Below are positions 1 to 10,158 of a stretch of DNA of 64,000 nucleotides, in pieces. This DNA is from Candidatus Poribacteria bacterium (GTDB lineage Bacteria > Poribacteria > WGA-4E > UBA9662). The stretch lies in assembly GCA_046582655.1 (NCBI GenBank), contig JAYGDX010000280.1:1-64000 (forward strand). Reading direction: 5' to 3'. Each line of letters begins with the position of its first letter. The stretch's first letter is position 1. A model generated the notes under the pieces. It searched no databases, was not told the origin of the DNA, and saw only the letters and a program-made list of their open reading frames with translations. A program made the position numbers and the translations under genes.

Positions 1-74
1 CCTCCATTTCAAAATAAAATCCGAAACCATATTGTACCGAGCATCCCAAAGTTAACTTAAATTGTGACTACTGA

Positions 75-1724
75 CTATTTCAGAATTACCATCCTACGGG
101 TGGCTCTGAAAGTTTCCGCTTGAAGTGTATAGAAGTAGACACCACTGGAGAGATGCTCTCCTAACTGCCCCTTGCCATCCCAATAGGCCGCAGTTTGCTT
201 GCTGAGATAGCTGCCGGCTTGTTGTATACCATAGTCAAGCCGTCGGATAAGTTGTCCATGGATGTCATAGATGCATATTGAGGTTGAAACATCATCAGCC
301 AATACATATGGAAACCATGTTTCAGGATTAAATGGGTTAGGGAAATTTTGTAGCAGGACTGATCGCTTGATGTGTCCTAATTGTGTCGTCATAAGTTCTA
401 GGTTTGGTTCAACAGGGAGAGGTATATTAAGATCTGCACCGGAATCATAGATATAGACACTGCCTCTGTCTTCATTTCCACCGACATTGTCCCAGCGAGA
501 ACCCACAGCAACAAGAATCTGCCCCTTCAATTTTGCCGCCAATAGGCTTTTATCGATAGCAACTGCATTGCCGAAATTATCGCCTGTTGTCAGGCCTTCG
601 TCCTCTCCTTTCTTGAGGAGCTGTGATTGAACTTTTTTCTTTTCGAGCCAACTCCCACCACGGCGCAAATAAGTGTAGGCCGCTCCTGCATCCACATCTA
701 CTCCGTCTTCAAAAGGTGCGCCAACAATAGCCATATGTTGTGTGATAGCAACCGCATTGCCGAAAGCAGCTTTTACTTCTGGTGTGCTAGCAGTCAATTT
801 TTGTTGTTGTTTCCATTCCTCTCCGGTTAGTACAAAGATGTAGGCCGCGCCCGCATCCTTTCCTTTTTCCTCATCCTTAGGTGCACCGGCGATGATGCTA
901 CCTTCGCTGATGTCGACAGTATTACCAAACTTATCACTGCTGTCGCCATCAGCCGCAACCAATTTCGCCTGCTGTTTCCATTCCTCTCCGGTTCGCACAA
1001 AGACATAGGCTGCGCCAGCATTCCTCCCTTTTTCTTTATCAAGTGGAGCACCCACGACGACAGTATTTCCAGCAATACCGATATCCCAACCGAACCATTG
1101 CTTTGCTGCCGCATCGGCGGCAACAAGCTTGGCTTGCTGTCTCCATTGCTTTTCACGAAGTACATACACGTATGCCGACCCTGAATTCGCACCTGCGTCA
1201 TCATCATTGGGAGCACCAACAACAAGGGTGTCTCCACTGATATCGACGGAAAATCCGAATCGATCATTCTCTTTGCCGTCAGCGGCTTTAAGTTTCTTTC
1301 TCTGCCCGAATTTCCTGCCCGAACGCGTGTAGACATAAACAGCTCCCGGACCTTCTCCTATAGGACCTCCCGCAACCACTTTTCTCCCACCTTCTTCATA
1401 AGCTCCAACAACGGCGATATTCCCATCGATAGCCACATCCCAACCAAACCAATCCCTTGCTTTGTCATCAGGTGTTAGGAAGTGATGCAACACATCCCAG
1501 TTTTTAGCCTTCTTCTCAAAGATGTAGACACCTCCTAGATCACCAACATACGAGGTATACGAAGCGATGAAGGTTTTACCACTAATATCAACGGAGTGAC
1601 CAAAATTGGTGTCTCCCACCTCCGGCCTATGAACAATGACTCCATCACCAGCATTACTCATGGTTGCTTGTTTAACAATTAGAACAGAACAGATGAAGAG
1701 AATATATAACCTTTTCGTTTTCAT
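75..1724 (-). CDS. Secreted FG-GAP repeat (integrin-alpha-like beta-propeller) protein with T9SS C-terminal sorting domain
   Basis: N-terminal signal peptide MKTKRLYILFICSVLIVKQATMSNA. At least six ~55-aa repeats of the form FGxxVxIxGxxxVVGAP...AGAAYVF (FG-GAP). C-terminus NFPNPFNPETWFPYVL...IYDIHGQLIRRL...AAYWDGKGQLGEHLSSGVYFYTLQAE matches the Por_Secre_tail/TIGR04183-type CTD. Confidence 0.8.
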   Translation of the reverse strand: MKTKRLYILFICSVLIVKQATMSNAGDGVIVHRPEVGDTNFGHSVDISGKTFIASYTSYVGDLGGVYIFEKKAKNWDVLHHFLTPDDKARDWFGWDVAIDGNIAVVGAYEEGGRKVVAGGPIGEGPGAVYVYTRSGRKFGQRKKLKAADGKENDRFGFSVDISGDTLVVGAPNDDDAGANSGSAYVYVLREKQWRQQAKLVAADAAAKQWFGWDIGIAGNTVVVGAPLDKEKGRNAGAAYVFVRTGEEWKQQAKLVAADGDSSDKFGNTVDISEGSIIAGAPKDEEKGKDAGAAYIFVLTGEEWKQQQKLTASTPEVKAAFGNAVAITQHMAIVGAPFEDGVDVDAGAAYTYLRRGGSWLEKKKVQSQLLKKGEDEGLTTGDNFGNAVAIDKSLLAAKLKGQILVAVGSRWDNVGGNEDRGSVYIYDSGADLNIPLPVEPNLELMTTQLGHIKRSVLLQNFPNPFNPETWFPYVLADDVSTSICIYDIHGQLIRRLDYGIQQAGSYLSKQTAAYWDGKGQLGEHLSSGVYFYTLQAETFRATRRMVILK

Positions 1725-2563
1725 TGATAAAGATCCTTTATGTTGATTGGTAAGTTGAAAGAAGCCTTAAGGTGAACAAAACCAAAGAACAGTAGACAGA
1801 AAACCTCATACCTACAACCCTGGAATTATATCAGATTATAAATTTTCATGCAATTTCTAATGCCACATGATATGTTATTGGCACATTGGTTCTTGATAGA
1901 CCGATTTTAAATTTATCGAGTTCCCAAAATTAAAGCGATATATTCTTTAAGATAATAACGGAAGTGTACTTGCGGCTGCCAGCTTTATTTTTATACTGAT
2001 TCTAGCCTTTTGTCAAGGCTCAGGCAAAATCAATTTTGACGATTAAGCTGGTTTGAGGTTCTTTGATGGGGTTTCTGGAAAAGTTGCTAAGGATAGCTCT
2101 GGTAACTAAGCGGAATGTTGGTGGACTCAGAGCCCTAAGTGCCAATATTGATTAGAGAGTTTGGCGTTTTTATCTTTGAAGACAGCGTTCAACATATCGA
2201 TAACGAAAAAACTGTAGTTGTTGGAAAAATCTCCCTTTAATGTAAATGATAAACTTGATATAGAATGAAATGGACTTACCAATGTGAATAGTCCTGCTTC
2301 ACTAAAATTTGGTGGATGAGGTTTGGAGGATCGCAAGGGTGTTTTGGACGAAGTTTTTCTCTTTAAAATGAAAGTATTGCGTTAGAACCAGTAGACATTC
2401 AGAAGATTCATAAAGATGGGTGAAAAAAGCACGCGTTGTTTTACCTGCCGGCAAATTGGCGCCCCTTTGGAGTGTTATCAAAGTTAGATAAAACATAGAA
2501 CTTAGTTGGGCAATCACATTATTAGTTTAAAATCGTTGTTCTCTTTCGTCTTAGGAGTGTGTT

Positions 2564-3691
2564 ATGAACATTCGGAGTGTTCAAGCCTTTACTCTGGCTT
2601 ATCCCGAGCCCCATTACAAAGGCATTGAACGGTATATTACTTTGGCTCGCGTAGAAGCCAATAATGGCCTGGTTGGTTGGGGAGAATGTATTTCACAGTT
2701 TCGAGAAGCTACTTTGGCAACCAAGGTCATTATCGAGCAGGGATTTGCACCATTGATTATAGGTGAAAATGGTTTAGATGTTGAACGACTCTGGCAGAGA
2801 ATGATCTCGCATATCTGGTGGTATGGTTCCGAGGGGATTGCGGCTTTTGCTGTTAGTGCAGTTGATACTGCCTTATGGGATTTAAAAGGTAAAGCACTTG
2901 GGTTACCTGTCTGTCAGCTTCTTGGTGCTCAATTACACGACAAAATTATTGCCATGGCTTCGATCATCTTCGATATGGAAGATTTTGAATGGACACTAAA
3001 CGAATTCCGTTGGTTACGTGAGCAGGGATATCATGTTGTAAAGGGTGGTTGGGGCATGCGTCCAGAAGCTGTATTTGGTCAGGATCGCAAGCGTGACGAA
3101 GCAATGATCCGTCAAATACGTGAGGTGATCGGTGATGATTTGGAATTGGTTGTTGACACACCTGGTCATCGTGCCATTTGGGATCTTCCAACAGCAATCC
3201 AACGTTTTCGGGATCTTGAGCCGTATAACCTGAAATGGATCGAACAACCGCTACCTCCTCACGATCTTAAGTCTCACGCCCAGTTGCGGGCATCAGTAGC
3301 AACTCCAATTGGAACAGGGGAGGACGAATGGAATGTTGAAAGTTACAAACGTTTAATTCAATCTGGCGGTGTGGATATTGTACAGATCGATCCAGGTCGT
3401 TGTCATGGATTGACTGGTAGCTATCGTGTAATCAGGTTAATAGAGGCCGAAAACCTTCGCTTTAGCGCCCATACTTGGAGTAGCGCCCTGAATACCGCTG
3501 CCAGCCTACACATGCTTGCTAGTTCAACTCACGCTGATTGTATGGATTTTAAACCGCATGAGTCACCAATGCAACATGAACTAGTTAGTGATCCATGGGT
3601 TCAGGAGGATGGATATATAGCTGTTCGATCAACCCCGGGACTTGGGGTTACAGTACGGGAGGAAGTTGTCCAGAAATACCTGTTTGGTTGA
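2564..3691 (+). CDS. Enolase-superfamily enzyme (mandelate racemase/muconate lactonizing enzyme family; sugar-acid dehydratase-like)
   Basis: 375 aa. Capping-domain motif DTALWDLKGKALGLPVCQLLG is typical of MR/MLE. The barrel region carries conserved acidic ligands (VVDTPGH..., IEQP, DIVQID). A paralog lies at 20470-21507. Confidence 0.8.
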   Translation: MNIRSVQAFTLAYPEPHYKGIERYITLARVEANNGLVGWGECISQFREATLATKVIIEQGFAPLIIGENGLDVERLWQRMISHIWWYGSEGIAAFAVSAVDTALWDLKGKALGLPVCQLLGAQLHDKIIAMASIIFDMEDFEWTLNEFRWLREQGYHVVKGGWGMRPEAVFGQDRKRDEAMIRQIREVIGDDLELVVDTPGHRAIWDLPTAIQRFRDLEPYNLKWIEQPLPPHDLKSHAQLRASVATPIGTGEDEWNVESYKRLIQSGGVDIVQIDPGRCHGLTGSYRVIRLIEAENLRFSAHTWSSALNTAASLHMLASSTHADCMDFKPHESPMQHELVSDPWVQEDGYIAVRSTPGLGVTVREEVVQKYLFG

Positions 3692-3776
3692 TATCTCGTC
3701 CGGCGTTGATCTAGGAGCTAAATAGATGCCAACATTAAGATTCTTCCAAGTAATGAGAAAGAATTGATCAAAGAGC

Positions 3777-4322
3777 CTATTCCTGTTTATTGATGAATTG
3801 CACACTATTGTTGGCGTGGTTTTGTTGAGCGCAGTACGAAAGTTGCCAATCTATGGTTTGCTGAATTTGTTCTTGTATCTGTGTATGTGATTTACCAAGT
3901 AACTGTTGAACCGCACTATAAAGCAAGGTATTGTTGATGCATATACAAGCTGTTGCATCTGCGCCGACGGTAATACCATTTGCCGAGTTCATGTTGTCAA
4001 CCTGAACGCTGATCGGGATTGTTGACAGGTCGATTGATTGAATACTTTGGATAAAAGGAATAATAGTTGTCCACCTCGATTTTTGGATTCGGAAGCCATA
4101 TTGCTTTCCGTTAACATTAGTCTTTGTCCCTCCTGTAACAACAAGGATGTGATTTGAGGGACAGACACGGATGAGTGCTCGTAGCAATCCAACCAACACA
4201 ATAAAGGCGATGATCCCAAGGATCCCACCAACCGTTGCAAAACCTTCACCAGTAATTGTCGTATCTTCAAGCGTGACTACAACCCGCACGTCTGCCGGTA
4301 TCTGCGCTGGGCATTCCCTCAA
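3777..4322 (-). pseudogene. Flotillin/SPFH (band-7, FloT/YqiK-like) gene fragment, N-terminal ~155 aa only
   Basis: TM anchor GGILGIIAFIVLVGLL, then RVCPSNHILVVTGG...IIPFIQSIQSIDLSTIPISVQVDNMNSANGITVGADATACICI...LLGKSHTQIQEQIQQT. This is collinear with the B. subtilis FloT N-terminus (...PDEALIVTG...GGGTFVLPVFQ...LSL...LDV...VYT..GVPV..DG.A.IKI......AAEQFLGKS). Homology ends abruptly and the ORF stops about 350 aa short of full length. The 5' end abuts an IS982-family remnant. Confidence 0.6.
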
Positions 4323-4422
4323 TTAGTCAGCTACAATCGGTTTGTGCAGTTGATGGCTGACGCGTTGTTACCATTCTTGGCCAAGACGGCTAAGTGGAGG
4401 GAGAACTCCGTTGGTTGGTTCT
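4278..4422 (+). mobile_element. IS982-family transposase gene, 5' portion (left of the IS5-like insertion)
   Basis: Translation ...AFPQLVSYNRFVQLMADALLPFLAKTAKWRENSVGWFY matches the IS982-family region FP.LVSY.RFVELMP..L.PL...GWFY. It ends exactly at the left IR of the nested element. Confidence 0.55.
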
Positions 4423-5380
4423 ATGAACCTATCCCAATAATAGGCCTTGTGTATGACTCAACAATCTCCTAACTTTTGTCTCTTGGACCGATGCAAGAGG
4501 TTTAATGTAAGATAGATGTTACCCTAAAACGATTTAGCTAAAGAGTTTGAGATGGTCAGGAAGATTCGAAGGGTTGAACGACATGCAATGGACGATACTC
4601 CAACCCCTCTTCTACCCATTACCTGAGAAGCGAGGTCGAGGGAAACTGCCATCTGACCGACGTCGGGTGCTGAATTCGATCTCTACATTCTGATCACTGG
4701 TTCGCGCTGGTGTGATCTACCTCAGGCAGAACAGTGGGCAGCCCGTTCGACCTCCCATCGTTGGCTCAAGATTTGGAGTCAGAACGGCACTCTGGAACGC
4801 CTGAAACAGGGAATACTCTCGCTGGCCCAATGACAAGGGCTAATCAATTGGTAAGCCGCCAGCGTTGACGGCTCCTTTTCCCCTTGGCAAAGGGGGAGGA
4901 GATGAGGTTGAATATGGTTACAAAGGTGAGGGGTACTGATCCACTCACTGGTTGATGCCTTAGGAATGCCACTGGCTGTTCGTGTCACCTCGGCCAAGGC
5001 CAGCGAAGGTGAACAAGTAATCCTGCTTGTTGACTTCATCAAAATCTCTATGGGTAAGTCTGGGCGCCCACGCTCACGTCCCATCCAACTGGCGGCGGAC
5101 ATAAGGTTATGATAGTCGTTGGCTACGCCTAGCCCTACGAAAGGGAGGGATCCGTCCAGAACTGCGGCGACGTGTCTGCAAACATCGCCGCCAAACAGCA
5201 GGAAGGAAGCTGAATAAGAAAGTCTGTCGCTATGTAGTGGAGCGTAGTTTTTCTTGGTATCAGAGAAAGTGCAGAAGGTTGGCAACTCGATGGGAGCGTC
5301 AGTCAAAAATTTTCAGCGGTTTGGTGTTGCTTGGCTTCTCTCTGATTTGGATCGATCGATTATTGTTGGGATAGGTTCAT
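4423..5380 (+). mobile_element. IS5-family (IS427/ISL2-like, DDE_Tnp_1) insertion sequence of ~958 bp; transposase inactivated by several frameshifts and stops
   Basis: Terminal inverted repeats ATGAACCTATCCCAA (4423-4437) and TTGGGATAGGTTCAT (5366-5380) are a perfect 15/15 reverse complement, 19/20 when extended. Internal translation gives MQWTILQPLFYPLPEKRGRGKLPSDRRRVLNSI...TGSRWCDLPQAEQW...WSQNGTLERL (IS5 N-terminal motif). Downstream come ...LVDALGMPLAVRVTSAKASEGEQ...AADKGYDS.WLRLALRKRGIRPEL...YVVERSFSWYQRKCRRLATRWERQSKIFSGLVLLG (DDE/C-terminal IS5 motifs), spread over at least three frames. Confidence 0.8.
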
Positions 5381-5828
5381 GGTTTCAAACTTCATCTGAT
5401 GGTCAATGATGGAGGCTAATTGCTGGCGGTTCAGCTAACGGCTGGCAATGTCGATGATAGAACCTTGGTGCCATGATGGTCAAAGATCTGTTTGGAAAAC
5501 TGTTTGCAGATAAGGGCTATATCTCACAGAAGCTGTTTGACCTTTTGTTGGCTGATGGTGTCCAGCTGGTAATCAAGGTAAGGAGGAACATAAAAACCAG
5601 CTGCTGCCATTGTGGGATAAGCTTCTGCTAAGCAAACGAGCCGTGATTGAAACCACTAGCCACCAGTTGAAAAACATCTGTCAGATTGAGCATAGCAGGC
5701 ATGACAGTGGGATTAACTTTTTGCTCAATATCATTTCAGCTTTGATTGCCTACTCTTACCGGGAGAAGAACCCCTCGTTGAATCTGCGAGTTAAGGACTT
5801 AGCTGATTTACCAGTGGTTGTCATTTAG
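5381..5828 (+). mobile_element. IS982-family transposase gene, 3' portion (right of the IS5-like insertion), with one internal frameshift
   Basis: [71 protein letters not shown](frameshift)[63 protein letters not shown] matches the IS982-family consensus GFKLHL.VN..GE...TPGNVDDR...L.GKLF.DKGYIS..L...L...G..L.T..R.NMKN....DK.LLRKR.IIETI..QLKNI..IEHSRHRS..NF..NL...L.AY...KKPSL. Confidence 0.7.
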
Positions 5829-5892
5829 TTCCTTATGTCGAACTCATAGTAAAATCGAACGCGCCTAGCTGTAGATTAAGTTCGATAGCCAG

Positions 5893-6350
5893 TTAGCCGA
5901 AAAGCTCTACAAGATTTTGGGCTAACCTTTTGGTTTGGGTAATGACTGCTGTGCCAGCCTGATTGAGGATTTGATGTAGTGTGAGATCTGTAGTTTTTGA
6001 ATTGAAATCTTCAACTTTCTTGAAATTAGATGAACTGAGGCTGTGTACTATTTCGGTCAGATCTTTGCTTTTGTTAGATGATATTCTGTCAGGTGGTTCA
6101 AAATAACGCTTTTCAGCCGTGTGTTTTATGGGAGTAGACAGATTAAAGGGATGTTGGCCTGCTAACTTCGTATAACCGTCATTATTGGAGGACTCTTCGT
6201 AGTTTCTTTCTCTGGCTGAATTCCGCTTTCCATCTGGAAAGCTGTCCTGTTTGTCGGCATCCGCAGAAGGTGCATGTGGTATGAGTGCATTGTAGGTAAA
6301 TGCGGATGCTGAATAATGTTTGGATTTTGACGTTCTAATCGCAATTTCAC
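5893..6350 (-). pseudogene. Unidentified frameshifted gene fragment
   Basis: Two minus-strand reading frames joined by a 1-nt shift. One gives ...NRTAFQMESGIQPEKETTKSPPIMTVIRS. The other gives NNDGYTKLAGQHPFNLSTPIKHTAEKRYFEPPDRISSNKSKDLTEIVHSLSSSNFKKVEDFNSKTTDLTLHQILNQAGTAVITQTKRLAQNLVELFG. Protein-like composition but no recognisable family. It lies in the decayed region next to the IS remnants. Confidence 0.3.
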
Positions 6351-6587
6351 CTGTGACAGGGAACTAACTAGCTGAATTTTCTATAGTTGTTAAAAATCGA
6401 TTTCAGCGGAGTCAACTATATATCGGCAAAATTGACAAATAACTTTAGGCTTTCAGATAAAAAAATTGAATTTTTAATACTGCTAAAAATTAACAATGGA
6501 ATCAAAACCAATGAATGTTTGAGGTTTAGGTACATCAAGATCTTCATCAAACGAGATTTAATAAAATATGGGTTTCTGAATTGATGT

Positions 6588-7328
6588 TTACTGGTAAATC
6601 TGTGATGTTGGCTTCATAATCAATTCTGGAACGCATACTCTTGATGGAAGCCCAGTGATAAATAACACTGCCGTAGCAACATCGCTGGGTTGAAGAATTC
6701 GCGCTCGATGTTCAGCACTAACGACTTCAGGTCTGCGATCTAGAATCGGAGTTTCGACTTCGCCTGGACAAATAACAGACGCACGGATGTAGTAGTCCAT
6801 TTCTTCTTCATTAATAGAGTGTGTCAAAGCGACCATGCCGAACTTGGAAGCAGAATAAGCGGCACCAGCAAGCTTACTCGCACGAACCCCGGCAATCGAA
6901 GAAATATTGATAATAATACCGTCCTTTTGTTTCCGCATATCTGGCAACACTGCGCGTACGGTATTAAATGCACCTGTCAGGTTGATGTCGATGGTTCGAT
7001 CCCAGTCGGACGGATTAACCTCGGCAACGGATCTAGGATTTGTGTTGATCCCTGCGTTATTGACCAGAATGTTGATCGTTCCAAAATGTTTTGTTATCTG
7101 CTGAATTGTAGAGTTTACTGTGTTACGGTCTGACACATCGCAAGAGAAACAGAGCGTTCGAGATGCTGGTAATTTTTCAGCGGTTTCATGTAGTTTCTCC
7201 AGTCTGCGTCCCACGAGGGCTACACGAGCTCCGGCCTTGGAAAACTTTTCCACTACAGCTTGACCAATGCCCGTACCTGCACCTGTAACAACAATTACCT
7301 TGTCTGTAAATTGACTCATTTTATCCAC
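6588..7328 (-). CDS. Short-chain dehydrogenase/reductase (SDR) family oxidoreductase
   Basis: VIVVTGAGTGIGQAV (TGxxxGIG), NNAG, catalytic YSASKFG (YxxxK), 246 aa. Confidence 0.85.
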   Translation of the reverse strand: MDKMSQFTDKVIVVTGAGTGIGQAVVEKFSKAGARVALVGRRLEKLHETAEKLPASRTLCFSCDVSDRNTVNSTIQQITKHFGTINILVNNAGINTNPRSVAEVNPSDWDRTIDINLTGAFNTVRAVLPDMRKQKDGIIINISSIAGVRASKLAGAAYSASKFGMVALTHSINEEEMDYYIRASVICPGEVETPILDRRPEVVSAEHRARILQPSDVATAVLFITGLPSRVCVPELIMKPTSQIYQ

Positions 7329-7542
7329 TCTCCATTTGTAAATACATGGGATTTTATATCACTATCTATCAGTAGGAAGCAATCTATTAATTTTGTAAGA
7401 TAGGGAACTGTGATAAAATGCAAGTTCAGATCTATGACTGGTTTCAATGATTGTATTGAGGATAGCCAATAAATACAGTTTTTGATGATGCGATGTTACG
7501 GTTTGATCCCGTCAGTTTTAGCATGGCTGTGCGAGATAGAAT

Positions 7543-8475
7543 ATGTCATTAATGATCCTACTCTCTAACAAAATTCAAAATGTAGAGAAGAAAAGCATGC
7601 ATATGGATAGGGTACGAATGATTTTCCCAAGTTTAATGTTGGTGTTGGTAATCAGCATGGTAGTAGTTGGATGTAGCAACGACGCAACCGATCAAGACCT
7701 TGATCCCTCTGGCTCTGCGACTTTATCAGGTACACCAATTCAGTTCGTGCCACAAGAAATTATTTTTCCCAAGGATGGAGCTAAGATGGTTCTAGTTCCT
7801 GGAGAAGAATTTAAGATGGGTGATCATTTCAATGATGGGTTAAAAGATGAAGTCCCAATACACACTGTATATGTCGATGCATTCTATATGGATGCGTACG
7901 AAGTAACGAATCAACAATACCAAAAATTCATTGATGCGACAGGTTACCAACCTCCTAAACAGTTAGAAGATCCCAAGTTCAATTCACCGAATCAACCTGT
8001 TATTGGCGTAGATTGGTTTGATGCAGTTGGATATGCAAAGTGGGCTGGAAAAAGATTGCCAACCGAAGCTGAGTGGGAAAAAGCAGCACGAGGTAGCTTC
8101 ATAGGAAAAAGATATCCATGGGGAAATTATATTACTCATAATGACGCCAACTACAATGGAAGTAATGGTCGTGATCAATGGGTGTGGAAGCCTGCGTCTG
8201 TAGGTAGTTTTCCGCCTAATCGTTATGGATTATATGATATGGCAGGTAATGTCTCTGAATGGTGTTGGGATTGGTATGACTCTAACTATTACAGCCTTTC
8301 AGCAAAGAAAAATCCGAAAGGACCAATTCAGGGTGCATATCGAATAGTGCGTGGTGGGTCTTGGAATAGTAACAAGTACTATCTTAGGGTCGCAACCCGA
8401 AACTTTAATTCTCCAGAATCCTATTATCAGTATTGTGGGTTTCGCTGCGTTTGTGATGCAACAACTATTTTTTAG
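7543..8475 (+). CDS. Lipoprotein with FGE-sulfatase (SUMF1/formylglycine-generating-enzyme-like, DUF323) domain
   Basis: Lipobox LVLVISMVVVGCSND. The real start is probably an internal Met, MHMDRVRM at ~7594-7600. FGE-type motifs: FYMDAYEVTNQQYQKF, WAGKRLPTEAEWEKAARG, RIVRGGSW, GFRCVCD. Confidence 0.8.
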   Translation: MSLMILLSNKIQNVEKKSMHMDRVRMIFPSLMLVLVISMVVVGCSNDATDQDLDPSGSATLSGTPIQFVPQEIIFPKDGAKMVLVPGEEFKMGDHFNDGLKDEVPIHTVYVDAFYMDAYEVTNQQYQKFIDATGYQPPKQLEDPKFNSPNQPVIGVDWFDAVGYAKWAGKRLPTEAEWEKAARGSFIGKRYPWGNYITHNDANYNGSNGRDQWVWKPASVGSFPPNRYGLYDMAGNVSEWCWDWYDSNYYSLSAKKNPKGPIQGAYRIVRGGSWNSNKYYLRVATRNFNSPESYYQYCGFRCVCDATTIF

Positions 8476-8739
8476 TAGCTCCTCATAATGAGAATGCAAG
8501 TTCCTCCTCAGATTTTGGTTGTTGCAATTTGTGCAGTAACTTCACTGCTGGGGATTCAGCGTTGTATACTGTCCTACCGGCAAACTATCGGCAACTTGGT
8601 ATTCAACTGACTTAATGTAAGTGTTTTTCTTAGTGTTAACCGATTTGTACGAATATTATTTGCCAACACGCTAGCTGGTTATATTCATGATCATTATCAT
8701 ATATGGTGGCATTTTGTTGTCATCCTGTCAATTGCTGAA

Positions 8740-8943
8740 ATGACTTCTAATATCGATAGTAGAAAGATAGTCAGAGCCTATACAATTTTTGCTGATGCAG
8801 GTTCTGCTTTCGGGCTATTTGTAGGTTTCGTTCTTAGTGACATACTTCATCTAGAATTAGGGTTGCCAATACTTTATTTGGCAGGCATTGTTTTACTGTT
8901 ATCAGCTGGGTTTGCGTTGTGCGTGCCGTGGTTAGGAGGGTGA
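8740..8943 (+). CDS. Possible small membrane protein (67 aa, two hydrophobic helices)
   Basis: Only an ORF in an otherwise empty 560-bp gap. Hydrophobic segments FGLFVGFVLSDIL and ILYLAGIVLLLSAGFALCVPWL. No homology recognised. Confidence 0.25.
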   Translation: MTSNIDSRKIVRAYTIFADAGSAFGLFVGFVLSDILHLELGLPILYLAGIVLLLSAGFALCVPWLGG

Positions 8944-9037
8944 ATAGTCTAAATTGTCTGAATGGAATATATAAGTTTATTGTTTAGGGAGTCGAACTTC
9001 GGTCATCAGATATTTTAATTAAACCAAAGGTAAATCA

Positions 9038-10036
9038 ATGGATAAAAGAAATAGAAGCATGGGCACGCAGATTATCGTCAAACCAGATGATACTATTGCT
9101 GTGGAGGATTTCGAGATAGGGCAACCGGATTGTGGTGAGGTATTGATCGAAACAGTTAGCACTCTGATTAGTGCGGGTACAGAACTTGGCACGCAAGAAC
9201 AAACAAGAATAAATGACTTTGCACCCGGCTACTCAAATGCAGGTCAAATCATTGCCGTTGGTCAGGATATTAAGGACTATGCTGTTGGTGACCGTGTTCT
9301 TTCGCTTGGTCGACATGCTACACATGTCACAGTCCCCGCAACTGTACAGTCCCTAGCGGTGATACCAAATGACGTTACGTTCGATCAAGGTACATATGGT
9401 GTGTTAGGTAGTGTGTCACTTCACGGTGTGCGGCGGGCTAAGGTTGAACTGGGTGAATTTGTGGTCATTACTGGAATGGGGCTTGTGGGGCAACTTGCGT
9501 TGCAACTGGTTTCTCAAACTGGATGCGAAATTTTAATTGCGCTAGATCTAAGCGATCGACGTCTTGAAGTAGCAAAGGATTCTGGGGCAACACACGTCTT
9601 GAATCCTCAACATGCGGATGTATGCAGTGAGATTAATCGCATTACTGCGGGTAGAGGTATAGATCTCGTAATTGAGGCTTCCGGTTATCCAGAGTTGTTG
9701 CCGGTTGCGTTTCAGTTGGCGCGAATTGGTGGTCGCGTTATGTTGCTCGGATCAATATGGCACCGGAAAATAGAGGTTGATTTTATGGACTTTCATGAAA
9801 AAGAACTAACGTTGATGGGTTGTCATCAACCCAAATGTCCGACAACATCAACTCACCATTTCCCATGGACACAACAGTACAACAGACGACAAATCCTCAA
9901 AATGATCTCACATAATCAACTTGACGTTGATGGTTTAACAACGCACCGGTTTCCATGCCGCCAAATTGCTGAAGCCTATCGATTGCTCCGTGACGAACGA
10001 GATAAATCACTTGGCATCCTGCTATCATGGAATTAA
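9038..10036 (+). CDS. Medium-chain dehydrogenase/reductase (MDR, zinc-ADH-like) family oxidoreductase
   Basis: GroES-like N-terminal domain, then a Rossmann motif ITGMGLVGQLALQLVSQTGC (GxGxxG), 332 aa. The canonical Zn ligands are not obvious. Confidence 0.7.
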   Translation: MDKRNRSMGTQIIVKPDDTIAVEDFEIGQPDCGEVLIETVSTLISAGTELGTQEQTRINDFAPGYSNAGQIIAVGQDIKDYAVGDRVLSLGRHATHVTVPATVQSLAVIPNDVTFDQGTYGVLGSVSLHGVRRAKVELGEFVVITGMGLVGQLALQLVSQTGCEILIALDLSDRRLEVAKDSGATHVLNPQHADVCSEINRITAGRGIDLVIEASGYPELLPVAFQLARIGGRVMLLGSIWHRKIEVDFMDFHEKELTLMGCHQPKCPTTSTHHFPWTQQYNRRQILKMISHNQLDVDGLTTHRFPCRQIAEAYRLLRDERDKSLGILLSWN

Positions 10037-10158
10037 AGGAATGAGAGCAGGAATAGGTGGTAGACCCTAGCATGGGTAGAAGCGTGAATTTTCTTGAAAA
10101 ACACACCTGTTTGTGCTATTTTAGCCGCATCGAGAACGCAGTTATAAAGGAGTTTTGA

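Noticed and set aside
627-1336. Several 65-169-aa ORFs on both strands inside 75-1724
   Set aside because: Embedded in or antisense to the FG-GAP/T9SS gene. Repetitive coding DNA generates long spurious frames.
4779-5306. 175-aa ORF on the minus strand
   Set aside because: Lies antisense to the IS5-family transposase remnant whose plus-strand translation carries clear transposase motifs. Protein-like only by chance.
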